A stretch of DNA of 63,986 bases, filler included, from Octopus bimaculoides (GCF_001194135.2; 6 parts of 5 records of this genome joined end to end with filler, not necessarily neighbours in it); one strand, 5' to 3'. Shown: positions 39,175 to 52,599, counted from the whole stretch's first letter. The notes: a model not told the origin generated them from the letters alone. Numbers and translations are program-made.

Positions 39175-40269
39175 NNNNNNNNNNNNNNNNNNNNNNNNNN
39201 NNNNNNNNNNNNNNNNNNNNNNNNNNNNNNNNNNNNNNNNNNNNNNNNNNNNNNNNNNNNNNNNNNNNNNNNNNNNNNNNNNNNNNNNNNNNNNNNNNNN
39301 NNNNNNNNNNNNNNNNNNNNNNNNNNNNNNNNNNNNNNNNNNNNNNNNNNNNNNNNNNNNNNNNNNNNNNNNNNNNNNNNNNNNNNNNNNNNNNNNNNNN
39401 NNNNNNNNNNNNNNNNNNNNNNNNNNNNNNNNNNNNNNNNNNNNNNNNNNNNNNNNNNNNNNNNNNNNNNNNNNNNNNNNNNNNNNNNNNNNNNNNNNNN
39501 NNNNNNNNNNNNNNNNNNNNNNNNNNNNNNNNNNNNNNNNNNNNNNNNNNNNNNNNNNNNNNNNNNNNNNNNNNNNNNNNNNNNNNNNNNNNNNNNNNNN
39601 NNNNNNNNNNNNNNNNNNNNNNNNNNNNNNNNNNNNNNNNNNNNNNNNNNNNNNNNNNNNNNNNNNNNNNNNNNNNNNNNNNNNNNNNNNNNNNNNNNNN
39701 NNNNNNNNNNNNNNNNNNNNNNNNNNNNNNNNNNNNNNNNNNNNNNNNNNNNNNNNNNNNNNNNNNNNNNNNNNNNNNNNNNNNNNNNNNNNNNNNNNNN
39801 NNNNNNNNNNNNNNNNNNNNNNNNNNNNNNNNNNNNNNNNNNNNNNNNNNNNNNNNNNNNNNNNNNNNNNNNNNNNNNNNNNNNNNNNNNNNNNNNNNNN
39901 NNNNNNNNNNNNNNNNNNNNNNNNNNNNNNNNNNNNNNNNNNNNNNNNNNNNNNNNNNNNNNNNNNNNNNNNNNNNNNNNNNNNNNNNNNNNNNNNNNNN
40001 NNNNNNNNNNNNNNNNNNNNNNNNNNNNNNNNNNNNNNNNNNNNNNNNNNNNNNNNNNNNNNNNNNNNNNNNNNNNNNNNNNNNNNNNNNNNNNNNNNNN
40101 NNNNNNNNNNNNNNNNNNNNNNNNNNNNNNNNNNNNNNNNNNNNNNNNNNNNNNNAGAAGGGACAGGCTCCTTATTTTTTGGTTAAGGTTGTTGGTAAGC
40201 TTTCCTAAGTTACTCCAATCCAGATCCCCAATGCAAACCTTCAGATCAACCTTCTCCTATGCAGATCTC

Positions 40270-40493
40270 TAATGCAACATTTAAAAAAAGAGTCAATAAG
40301 TGAAAATAACCAATAAACTGATTCCTTATGGGATTTCCCAATCAAATTGCCAGCAAACCATTTTCAGCCAAACCAATTTCAACGGATTTCGCTCAAATCT
40401 GATGTCGATGTTACTTATTTTGGTTTGAAATAAAGGACTTAATCATTTAATAATCCTAGCTTAATCCCGAGCAGCGCCGGGTTATACTGCTAG
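40270..40493 (+). mobile_element. Helitron 3' end, second family
   Basis: Hairpin cccgagcagcgccggg followed by ttatactgCTAG|T. The 5' extent is uncertain. Confidence 0.7.
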
Positions 40494-41418
40494 TTAAAAA
40501 TAAATTTAATACTTATCTAATCGAAAATTATAAAGATATATATAAATATATATGTATGCATAAATATACATATATACATACATGTATATAAATATATGTA
40601 AATATGTATAAGTATAAATATATAATAAGAAATATGACAGTTTAAAAGTTTTGAATTAAGTTTTTAAAGCATCTTTCGCAGAAGTGTAATCCCAAATAAT
40701 AATATTTCATTCATATTTTTATTTCTATTCCTTTTATTTACACAATATTTTTACTAGACTTCTTTTAAATAAACGATTTTAGTCTAAAATCTTCTAGCTT
40801 AAACTATTGCATCGTTTAGATATGTACTAATTCTATGTTTATTATTTTAACCTAAAACTTCATTCAAATTGTATTTTAAACGAAAAATTTGTTAAGTTGA
40901 TTTTTGCATATAATATTCCTGTTAGCTTATATTATGATGGACGTAGGGTTGATTATGGAATGTTTATAATTTTGATATTTTTAATAATATTTTTCTATCT
41001 TAATATAAGTATTTTATATACATTCATTTGTCATTTATTATTGGTCGATATATACATTCTTCTATTATTATTATTGTTGTACTTTGACTCGAAGACCAGC
41101 TATACTTTTGAATAGAATTGATTTTCGATAGTTTTAATCGATTTAAATTTTCTTTCTATTTGAAAACTGGTTATGAAACACATGTAGTTGTTTTATTATC
41201 TTTATCTTATGATATTTACTTTGTATTATATTATACTTATTTATTGTGCTTTTACTTATTAACTTTTCTATATGTGACAGTGGATTTTCATTGATGAGTT
41301 CATGAACCTTGGTTCTTTTCCCTAAAACTATATATATATATATATTTAATACTGTGAAACTTAATTGAGCTTTTACCTGTAATTTTGGATATTTATCCCT
41401 AATATTATTATTATATAC

Positions 41419-41468
<50 letters not shown>

Positions 41469-41840
41469 ATATATATATATATATACACATACCATATTTT
41501 AACGTATATAACATGTCAAAGATTAGATTAAAGAAATATGAAAGATTCTTATACATGGATAGTATTATAATGCCTTACAAAAGCTTTTTTTCTAAATTTT
41601 AAGCTCCAATAATGAGGGGGTTATTTATACACAAGGGTTTCTTATACACATTAAAATATGGTATGTATGTGTATGTATATATATATATATATATATATAT
41701 ACTCACACACACATACACAAGCATATACATATATATATAAAGTTACGCTTTTAAGTTTTAGTCTAGAATTGCATATATATATATATATATATAAGACTGA
41801 TATTTGATGAAACTGAAAATGAAACTGAATCTAGTCTCAC

Positions 41841-41996
41841 CTCCCTTCCTGTTGGCATATGCTTGGCAAGCTTTACTTTAGCAAAGTTTCCCTTGCCAAT
41901 AGTTTTCATCAGGCGGTACTTGCCAATGTGTGGAGGAAGCTCATCCGAAGTTCGACTTCTGGAGGATATCCGAGGGTTGGCGTTGTCATCGGTATG
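41841..41996 (-). CDS. MARK: Internal coding exon of a MARK/PAR-1 serine/threonine kinase (start of kinase domain, subdomain I)
   Basis: Manual translation gives [52 protein letters not shown], matching MARK1-4 '[29 protein letters not shown]'. It ends at a GAG|GTGAGA donor at the same phase-0 position as in vertebrate MARKs. The 5' boundary is uncertain (see findings). Paralog cannot be assigned. Confidence 0.93.
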
Positions 41997-44137
41997 ATAA
42001 TAAATAAGTAAATAATGAAATAACTATAGATTTATATCTTTATCTAAATATTTATTCAACTCCTTTTTGGGTTTCATTTCTTAATCTAATTGTTCAAATA
42101 CCCTATTCACATACCTTGAAGAAAAATGATTGGTTTGGGGCTATAAAGCTCAAAAGTCTTTTAAATTCATTACAGAAAGTCATATGTGAGTGCCTGGCAG
42201 CACACTAAATTCTACTGGCCACAGTTTGCCAAGATGATCTGGTAAATATTTCATTTACCAAGTCATCTGGGAATATAATGTGCAATAGGTTGGTATTCAA
42301 TCCAGTGAAATATATTGTCTCTTTTATACTTAATGCCATTGAACCGTGCTCAGGCTCTTTAAAGCTCCTCAAGGCTTAGCAGAGATTTACATTTTGGATT
42401 TACTCACATTGTGGCTCCCTCCTCCTCTTTCACCCTCATCCAATCCCTCAATTGTTAGAAATATAGTCTGATGTTGCTGAACTATTCTATATGGCTGTAG
42501 TATCCATTTATAGATTGTGTGTGAGCATAAGTATGGCTTCAGATTTTCCTTCATATCTGTTCTCAGCTGTAGAATTTCTATCAATCAACAGGTAAAGATT
42601 GCAAGGAAGATACTAGAAACCAATTTTGAGATGAGATGCTGTTATTTGTCACTGGATGGTGGTCAGCTCAGCAATAGGAAGGTGATGACATTTTAGTATT
42701 AATTCTTCATCACTTTCATTATTATTCCCTCCTCATGGTTTTTATCATGATTATTTTCATTGGCATAATTATTAATAATAGCAGACCCCCCCCCCACCTT
42801 CCAAGTTGGTGGATTTGATATGGTTAATGTTTAACTTGAACTTATGTGGTGGTGGTGGGGCTAATGGGAGAGGTATTCTCCTTTCTCAATCATTTTATTG
42901 TTGAACGGTCACTTCAAATATCAGATGTAAAATAGCCAAATGGATACAGCTTTTGGTTAGTGACCCATGGATATTATATTCAGATCACACTGCAAGCATT
43001 TCTTTTTTAATGCTTCTCTTTTTGCCCAATAAGATTTCTGTTATGGAGTTATACTTATTTCTGTGTACCTCAGTTGATTTAACTAAAGAAAGAAATCCAA
43101 TCTTGTTTTATTTTTATTTTTTGGTATTTTTTTCTTTCTTAAGAATGTTGTCTGTTATTTATTAGCATACTATCTTGAGAGAAATTTATCTCTCATGTAT
43201 TTAATACTGCAGAATTTGGAGATAAGTTTCAACCGTGTCATTTGTGTAGTGGTTATCTTATCTCTCATATAAGTTTGATCTTAGTGGCTCAGGCTATGTT
43301 TAGTTTAGTAGTACCATATATTTTAGTTATGTTTTCATTCTCAACTATGAATCCAGTATATTAGGAACTAACTTAGTGACCAAAGTATCAGCAGTGTTGT
43401 TCATTTACTGTTTTGTTTGTTTGTTATTTTATTGCCAAAGACACACAGTTCCTCGTTAGCTAATTCAGCATTCTGTAAATAGATATAGTTGGTGTAAGAA
43501 GACATTTATATAAACATATCTGAAATATCTCCTAAGCTCCAAGGAGCTCTAATAAGCTACTGCTTAGTTCTGGTTTCATGGCATGAAGCAAATCAAAAAG
43601 ATAACTCTTCTCTAGACACCAATCTACTGATTAGATGCACCCAATAAGTTCAGCACACCAGATATGTTATGGGGCCCTGCTGCACACTCCATGCACTGTT
43701 TAACTGTGTAGTATTAGTCTGGTTATATTATATGATATGTAGGGTGGTTGTCAGTGTATATTTTCTCTAGTTTACTGTACAACCTGTTTTTGCGTTCAAA
43801 ATCTGGCTAGCATTGCAATAGACTCAGACAAAGGGAAGTTTATCATCACAAGATATAGGTACAAGTTGAAAAGAGTGCTTGATAGAACAAATCTTTAAAA
43901 TATTCAGTTTGTGAAATTACAGATTCTATATCAGTTGTCTTTATATGATTCTTAAGTTTGGTAACAAAGAGACAGTTTGCCAATTCACAATTGTGGGTTG
44001 TTTTTTAAATTGGTGTTTAATATTTTGTTTACAAGTGAGTAGCATGGATTGGAATCAAAAGCTTTACTGATGTTAACAGTGGTTAAAATGAGTGTATATG
44101 GTGCTTTTTGTAATAATTATTTAATATTGTATATTGG

Positions 44138-44562
44138 TTTCAAATTTTAGCACAAGGCCAGCAATTTTGGGTAAGGAGATAAATCGATTACATCAACCCT
44201 AATGCTCAACTACTACTTATTTTAATGACCCTGGAAGGATGAAAAGCAAAGTTGAACTCAATACATAAAGACAGATAAAATGCCACTAAGCATTTTGCCC
44301 AGCATGCTAATGATTCTGCTAGCTTGCCACCTTATTTAATATTGTATATTCTTTTCTACTCTAGTAGGGAAGTGGGCCAGTTGGGGAGTGGGCCAGTCAA
44401 TTAGATCGCCCTCAGTATGCAACTGGTACTTAATTTATCAACCCCGAAAGGATGAAATGCAAAGTCGACCTCAGCGGAATTTGAATTCAGAATGTAAAGA
44501 CAGATGAAATACCGCTAAGCATTTCACTGGTGTGCTAACATTTCTGCCAGCTCACCACCTTA
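44138..44562 (-). mobile_element. Two SINE family B copies
   Basis: Module at about 44138-44342 and 44395-44562. Confidence 0.85.
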
Positions 44563-44841
44563 ATTACTATTGTATATTGACTACATGATGGCTCAGTAAA
44601 CACTGATAATATACTGAAGTCATTTCAATTCAATGTACCCCATGTGTTATATCTAGTTAAAAAAAAAAATTTATAAACCTAGGTGCAGGTATGATTTTTG
44701 TGGTTAAGAAGTTCACTTTCAACCACATGGTTTTGGGTCCAGTCCAATTATGCAGCACTTTGGGCAAGTGTCTTTCACTAGCTCTGGATCAGCAAATGCT
44801 TTGTGAGTGAATTTGGTAGAGAGAAATTGTGTGGAAGTCCA

Positions 44842-44887
44842 TCTATATATATAAAAATGAGAATGTGTGTCTGTCTGTCTGTCTGCC

Positions 44888-44918
<31 letters not shown>

Positions 44919-46273
44919 GTGAATCCCTAAAACTCGAGAACTACGCAACCAATTTCATTCAAATTTTACACATGCCTTACTTAGGGTTCCAGTTGTGTTT
45001 TAGTCAAAAAAAATTATTAACTTCTTGCAGAGTTCGAGCACACGGCAACATAATATCTCCTCCACTAATTAAGTACTACGTGTCAAAATTGAAACAAAAA
45101 CACTCATGTCAAATACTTTCACTTTAAAAATGAAACTATTCCACTAACTGAAACAATCACATTTCGATACTGTAGNNNNNNNNNNNNNNNNNNNNNNNNN
45201 NNNNNNNNNNNNNNNNNNNNNNNNNNNNNNNNNNNNNNNNNNNNNNNNNNNNNNNNNNNNNNNNNNNNNNNNNNNNNNNNNNNNNNNNNNNNNNNNNNNN
45301 NNNNNNNNNNNNNNNNNNNNNNNNNNNNNNNNNNNNNNNNNNNNNNNNNNNNNNNNNNNNNNNNNNNNNNNNNNNNNNNNNNNNNNNNNNNNNNNNNNNN
45401 NNNNNNNNNNNNNNNNNNNNNNNNNNNNNNNNNNNNNNNNNNNNNNNNNNNNNNNNNNNNNNNNNNNNNNNNNNNNNNNNNNNNNNNNNNNNNNNNNNNN
45501 NNNNNNNNNNNNNNNNNNNNNNNNNNNNNNNNNNNNNNNNNNNNNNNNNNNNNNNNNNNNNNNNNNNNNNNNNNNNNNNNNNNNNNNNNNNNNNNNNNNN
45601 NNNNNNNNNNNNNNNNNNNNNNNNNNNNNNNNNNNNNNNNNNNNNNNNNNNNNNNNNNNNNNNNNNNNNNNNNNNNNNNNNNNNNNNNNNNNNNNNNNNN
45701 NNNNNNNNNNNNNNNNNNNNNNNNNNNNNNNNNNNNNNNNNNNNNNNNNNNNNNNNNNNNNNNNNNNNNNNNNNNNNNNNNNNNNNNNNNNNNNNNNNNN
45801 NNNNNNNNNNNNNNNNNNNNNNNNNNNNNNNNNNNNNNNNNNNNNNNNNNNNNNNNNNNNNNNNNNNNNNNNNNNNNNNNNNNNNNNNNNNNNNNNNNNN
45901 NNNNNNNNNNNNNNNNNNNNNNNNNNGGTCAAACACTGTCTGTAGCTGGTCTTCTCTTGGAAGACTGTATGTTGGCTGCTCAAGAGTGGGCAGCAACAAA
46001 AAACCTATTTGTATATGCTCCACAAGGGAAAACAAGGAACATAGTTTACAATGAGGTGTTATAATCACAACAGCAAGAAAGTATGTACATGATCAGCTTC
46101 TTTTACGAAACTTCATTGACTTTCATATATTTATATTGATATACATATATATACGTGTGTTTGGGTGCGTGTGTGTATATACATCTCTATATATAAAGAT
46201 GATGGTAGTCTAGACGGCGTTTTTAGATTTCATTATTCTCTTTAACCCGGGCAACGCCGGGTATTTCTGCTAG
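44842..46273 (+). mobile_element. Helitron (5' end, gap, helicase C-terminal remnant, 3' end) inserted into a SINE
   Basis: A|TC tatatatataaaaatg start; GQTLSVAGL..LYVGCSRVGSNKNLFVYAPQGKTRNIVYNEVL* (45927-46064, PIF1-like helicase end); hairpin cccgggcaacgccggg then CTAG|T. Confidence 0.9.
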
Positions 46274-46957
46274 TTGTATATATATGTATTTGTGCGTTTT
46301 TGTATTTGTCCCCACACCACCACCACCACTCGACACCTGGTATTAATATGTTTATATCCCCATAACTTAGTGATTCAACAAAAGAGACCAATAGAATATA
46401 AGTGCCTGACTTAAAAGTAAGTACTGGAGTTGATTTGTTTGGCTAAACTCTTCAAGGTGATACCCTAGTATAGCCACATACCAATCACTGAAACAAATAA
46501 AAGAATAAAAAATAGCTCTTTACAACCAAGCCATTATTATATTTATTCAGTTGTCTAAATCCCTAATTTTCAGCCAATTATGAGCCATGAGAAAGAACAT
46601 TGTATGATGCTAACCTAGGTTTGTATGATGTTTATGGGTTGACTATTGAGTACTATACACTGATTAGCAGCACATTCATAGTGATCTCAGTCTGCAATAC
46701 AGTTTTATTTTCTGGCTCATTTCACTTCACTTATGTTACTAATGTCTTTGGAAAAGAAACAACTTCTATTAGCTGCATATTTTAAGTTAATTAAGATGGC
46801 ATGTGAATAAATACCTACAATTAAGGTAAGAAAAATTAATTTAAAAAAAAATACTTGTATTTATCATACTTGCATTAGATGAGTTTTGATTGATTAAATC
46901 TCTATTTTTTTCTTCTTTATTGTAAAGAATTTCTTTAATTTTTTTTTTCCTAAACAG

Positions 46958-47080
46958 GAGGCTTTATTTCTCGAGGAATCACAGAAATTGTTGGTGAAAG
47001 TGCATGTGGTAAGACACAACTCTGCCTTCAGCTTAGTTTGATGTGTCAGCTACCTGAAGAAGCTGGAGGATTGGCTGGAG
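46958..47080 (+). CDS. XRCC3: Internal coding exon of a RAD51 paralog, most like XRCC3 (Walker A exon)
   Basis: T-rich tract and CAG acceptor at 46957; 123 bp, phase 1 to phase 1; donor GAG|GTTGGT. Encodes (G)GFISRGITEIVGESACGKTQLCLQLSLMCQLPEEAGGLAG(G), compared with human XRCC3 [42 protein letters not shown]. RAD51C/RAD51B fit less well. Confidence 0.85.
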
Positions 47081-47267
47081 GTTGGTTCAATTTATGACAT
47101 TAAATACACCACATTTGTGAGTACAAACAGGCAAAAAGTTCTCAATACATATTGTAGAGTCAGAAGCTTATGATCATCAGCTTCATTAACTTTAAATGCA
47201 TTTATATCTTCTTTTTTATTTAAGATTTTCCAAGATGCAAGCCAAAAGGACATAATGTCTTTATTAA

Positions 47268-47487
47268 CTCTTTAGCATCCAGATTATTCTGTCAAGTGTA
47301 ATGCTTATTTATTCACATTTTCTAAAATTAGTCATGTATTATCTCGTAGCTTTGAGATTTTGATGATATGATTGTTCAGTTTTAGAATGACTTTTTAGGG
47401 TAAGCATAAGAGACTAGATCTAGTTGATTTGAACATAAAACAGGTAGAATATTTTTGCTGAATAAGGCCACTTTAAATGCTAAAGGG
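47268..47487. mobile_element. piggyBac-type MITE
   Basis: TTAA on both sides; TIRs ctctttagcat / atgctaaaggg. Confidence 0.85.
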
Positions 47488-48760
47488 TTAAAACTGAGAC
47501 AACATCTTATGAGTAAACTGTAGAAAATTCTAGCATTTTTTAATGACTCACTTATGGATTGAATTCTCAGAATTCATAAAGTACTGGAAGTTTTGAGATT
47601 ATTGCGTGAATATTTGGTAACATATTTGCAAGTGTAAATGACAACTTAGAATCAGAGCTTAGGCAATGAAGGACTTACAGCAATTACCCATCAACTATTT
47701 TCAGATCAAATAGTCATTCCAAACTGCTAACTTCCATAACTTGATGTGTTTTGATGTTGTCTTAATTCCTCATGTTGTAAATTATATCATGTTCTTTAAT
47801 GTATACATACATGATTTTTACCCTTATTCTTTAAAAATTATTCAGCTATGAACCGACTTCTAAGTGACTGGTGAATGGCTATATTATTAAAACATCAGAT
47901 AGATTGATTACCTTGATTTCATTCTAGCTCTCTGAATTCTGAGTTCATGTAACATTGGGTCAGCTTTGCTTTTCATCCTTTCAGAGTAGCTGGTGATGAA
48001 TCAACAGTCTAGAAATTGCTACAAATTTTCTGTTTTGTATGTGTATGTGTGTGTTACTTCTCAATATCATCATTTAGCACTCAATTTTCCACTGTGGCAT
48101 CTTTGCTTGGACGAATTTGAAAACATTTATTGTACTGCTTATGGAATATGTTTTCAGTAACTTGATTAAATTTATCATTTTCCCTGTGTGAGATCTCTAT
48201 CTTTGTACTTCTGATCTCTTCCTTTCCTCAGTATAGCTCTACCTCTGAGAAGACATCTCTTGACCAACAAGGTGTCTCTATGAGATTTTTCAATCTGCTG
48301 GAAATAGCAACCAAACCTATCACAATCTACTGCCTTAGAAAAAAAAAAAGAGAACTCATTAGTCTAGATTAAAAATATAATAGAATGGTTATCACAAGTC
48401 TGCTCAGTCAAGGATGACCTGGTGTTAAACAACAACAATCTAAGTTTTTTTTTCAACCAGTATGCATCATTGATTCACACACTCACACACATATTGTCAT
48501 TGTTGTTGTTTTAACATCCACTTTTCCATACTTGCATGGGTCAGATGGATTTCATTGAGGCAGATTTTCTATGACCACATGCCCTTCTTGTTGCCAATCT
48601 TCACTTGTTTTCAAGTGACGTAATTTTTCACAGTGGCTGGACATATTTCCATGGAAGATTTGAAATGGTGTGCTTCAATTGTGTGATGGTGATGCTTGTT
48701 TATAACCACTATTCCACGATGTCAAGACAAAGAGGCACAAGCAAACATGTACACATTCAT

Positions 48761-48802
<42 letters not shown>

Positions 48803-48809
48803 CTATGCT

Positions 48810-48985
48810 CATAGACAATCGACTTCTTTCAGTTTCCGTCTACCAAATCCACTCACAAGGTTTGGTCAACCTGGGGCTATAGTAGAAGACACTTGCTCAA
48901 AATGTCACACAGTGGAACTGAACCTGAAACCATGTGGTTGGGAAGTGAACTTTTTAACCACACAGCCATACCTGTGCTTACCTCT
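48810..48985 (-). mobile_element. SINE family A head
   Basis: Reverse-strand head module. Confidence 0.8.
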
Positions 48986-49869
48986 GCCTGTGCCTTTTAT
49001 TAATAAATTAATTTATTTACATCAAATTAAACCTAGTCTAATGCAACTCATGCAGTTCTCAGTTTCTGTTATTTTGCCAAAAATCTACATCTGTTCCATC
49101 ATTACTGGTGAATCACCAGAAATAAACTACACTGGCTTATTAAAAGATTTGGTTTCTCTAAGGTGAAGTCAAATTGTAAAAATTGTTTCCTGAAAGAACA
49201 TAACTCACCTAGAATAAAATAAACAACAATCTGTTACTTTTTATTTATTTTTCTATCTCTTTTTGAACTTTTTAAAAATTTTTTCCTTTATTTCACTCAA
49301 AATTAAATTCAGATGGAAAAGAGAAAGATAAAAAAAATATAAAAGCTTGTCTGAATATATATACATAATTTTTGAGACATGTTAGTATTCTGTAAGAATA
49401 TTTATGCCACTTACACCTTTTTAACATTGTATGTGTGTTTATTTATGTAAGTAAATATATGTTCTCACACAAACATTTATGTATCTTAATACACCAGCTA
49501 CTCTCATACACACTTAAAAAGTTCCAGATTTCAGCTGCTGTGCAATAGTTTCTTTCTTTCTCTCCCTCCTGCCCCTCTCTCTTTCTCTCCCTTTCTCTCT
49601 CTTTTCCTTCCCCCTCTTTCTTTTGCTTTCGTATGTGTAACTTCTCAATAAATCTATGATGATAGGTGTACGATACATTTGAAGTATAGGAAACAATAAA
49701 ATCTTGGTGGTAGTATTTTAAACTTAACATTACAAACCATGAAATCTATTCAAGTTCTGGAAATATTTCTCAACCAAAATCTGTGGTCATATTTTCAACA
49801 TTACTTATGAAAGCAATAATCTGCCAAAAAATTATTTAGGTGTAAACATTATCATCATTATCGTTCTTG

Positions 49870-49911
<42 letters not shown>

Positions 49912-50564
49912 CCACCACCACAAACATCATCATCATCACCACAACCACCACTATCATTTTAACATCTGCTTTTTCCATTCTAGCATGAGTTATACAAGAC
50001 TTACTGAGGCAATTTTCCTATGGCCAATGCCCTTCCTCACTTGTTTCAACGTAAATTGCTATTTCTCCTGATCTTTTGAATGACAATCTGCTCAATAGTT
50101 GGGCATGCTTTTGTTGCAGATGTAAATAATTACAAGAAAACTGGAAGAAATACACTCACACTTACAGGCACATGCACACATTATTTTTCTTTCTTTTTTT
50201 TTATTTTTACAGTTTTTCCTGATGGTATTTTGTTGTACTCTTGCACCACATTTTATTGTATTTTTATATATAGTAAAATGTGGCACAAGAGGATGACAAA
50301 GGACTATCTGGGAAAATGAAAAATAAACCCACACACAGGGCATAAGCATACTCATCCATCATCAGCCATTGATCAAAAGTCATCACAATTTTAACACCTT
50401 ATCAATAATATTGTTTAATTTGGTGGCATGAGCAGTAAAATGTGAGAAAGGGAAGCAAAAATTGTGAAATAGTTGTACTTACAAGAATGTACCAAATATG
50501 GTTGCTCTGATTTTAGAGGAATGCATATCAACTTATGTATGTTAACATAAAATAAAGAAAAAGA

Positions 50565-52180
50565 AAATTCTGTATGGCTTTGAGGTTAAGAAGATTGCTT
50601 TGCGACCATGTGGTTTTGGGTTGAACCCCACTGCGCAGCACCTCAGACAAGTGTCTTCTATAGCCTGGAGCTGACCAATGCCCTGTAAGTGAATTTGGTA
50701 AACAAAAACAGTATGGAAACCTGTTGTATATATTTATATACATGTGAGTATGTGTCTTTCTTTATGTGTTTATCCCTCTTCCACTATTTGATAATCAGTG
50801 TTGGTCTGTTTACATCCCTATAATTTAGTGGTTTGGCAATAGAACTGATAGAATAAGTACCAGACTTAAAGAATAAGTACTGGGATTGATTTGTTTGACT
50901 AAATCCTTCAAGGTGGTATCTCAACATGGCTGTTGTGCAATGGCTGTTGTCCAATGACTGAAATGAGTAAAAGGATTTTTAAAAATCATATTTGCACAAT
51001 GTAGTATATTTGATTGAATTGATTGCATTTTATTATTGTATCTTATCAGTAAAATGATACCAGTGATGTACTGATGACTATTCCCTTCTGTTGACTATTC
51101 CCTTCTGTTGACTATTCCCTTCAACCGTAAATTTGTAGACTGTATAACTCAAGCATTCATAATTTTACACTCTATTCTAGGATATTGGGATGATACTACT
51201 TCAGATTTATATATTTACATGAGTGACTGAAGCAACTGTTTTTACAGTACACACTTACAAAGGGGAAATATGTTTAGATTTAAAGATGCCATAGGTGCAG
51301 ACATATCTGTGCAGTAAAATATTTGCTTCCCAACTACATGGTTTTAGATTCAGTCCCACTGCATGGAACTTTAGGCAAGCATCTTCTATAGCCTCAAACC
51401 AACCAAAGTGTGAGTGAATTTGGTAGACAGAAACTGAAAGGAGCTCATTATGTGTGTGTTTTTATGTTTGTGTTTGTCCCCCACCATGGCTTGACAACCA
51501 GGGTTGATTTGTCTGTCTCCTTCACTTGGCATTTCAGCAAAAGAGATCAATAGAATAAGTACCCGGCTTTTAAACAATAAGTACTAGAGTGGATTTGTTC
51601 AAATAAACCAGCATGGTCACAGTCCAATGACTGAAACAAGTAAAAAGAGATATTACTGTATTACATCTCAACTGAATCCACCACCTCCCACATTAGCATT
51701 GTTTTACATCACAGATTGAAATTTTGAAACTTAGCATTTGCTCAGTTCATATTCCACTTGCATATTTTGATTTTAAATTTTGCTAGTTTATGTTGTGAAA
51801 TCTCTCCTTAATTATGTCCTGGTGCAACTAGTTTTAAGTAATCTATTTGTAATTTACTTTATGATTTAGAATTCAGACAAATTTATTGCTGGTTGATTTT
51901 GCATGGTAAATACATGTTTACAATTTATACAGACTGCTATTGTAAGGAAAATATATAAGAGAGAATAAAAATGCGAGAACTTGGTGCAAATATGACTGTG
52001 TGGTAAGAATTTCCCAACCACATGCTTCCAAGTTCAGTCTCCCTGCATGGCACCTTGGGTAAGTGTTTTCAACTATAATCCCAGACCAACTAAAACCTTG
52101 TGCATGGATTTGGTAGACAAAAGCTGAAAGAATCCCAGTGTATGTATATGTATGTATCTACCTATGTATCTATCTATCTA

Positions 52181-52217
<37 letters not shown>

Positions 52218-52445
52218 TTGTGTATGTCTTTGCAATTGTGTTTATCTCCCATCACCACTTGAAAACTGGTGTTGGTTTGTTAACATTCTCATAACTTAGC
52301 AGTTCAGATTAAGAGACTGAAAGAATAAGTACCAGGCTTTAAAAAAAAAGAAAGTACTGGGATTGATTCATTCAACTTAAACCCTTCATGTTGTTGCCCC
52401 AGCATGGACACAGTCTAATGACTGAAACAAGTAAAAGATAAAAGA
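50565..52445 (+). mobile_element. Three successive CpG-eroded SINE family A copies (about 50565-50975, 51290-51650, 51985-52445)
   Basis: Each has head, short microsatellite and 3' module ending gactgaaa.aagtaaaag. Confidence 0.8.
51076..51122. repeat. 17-bp minisatellite, about 2.8 copies
   Basis: gactattcccttctgtt repeated. Confidence 0.9.
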
Positions 52446-52599
52446 TAGGCCAGCAGAACATTTTGATTCTCTATCATACTTATTTGCATGATTTAGAGGA
52501 GGAATATGAATATCTATATGCTATTGAAAAATGGTTGCATTGTCAACTAAGGATTTTCTATCTAGTTTTGAGAAGACCCACTCGGCTAAGTAAAATCCA

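Noticed and set aside
42387-42584. KPYLC..HQ motif suggesting a C2H2 zinc finger
   Set aside because: The second Cys and His spacing are absent.
43505-43560. NISEISPKLQGALIS resembling the XRCC3 N-terminus
   Set aside because: No in-frame ATG, upstream stop, no suitable donor.
49067-49161. Possible next XRCC3 exon (IYICS)
   Set aside because: Only a 4-residue resemblance; lacks TE..FP.KRL.
50208-50319. Strong acceptor followed by a short open frame
   Set aside because: No recognisable homology and an early stop; T-rich tracts are common here.
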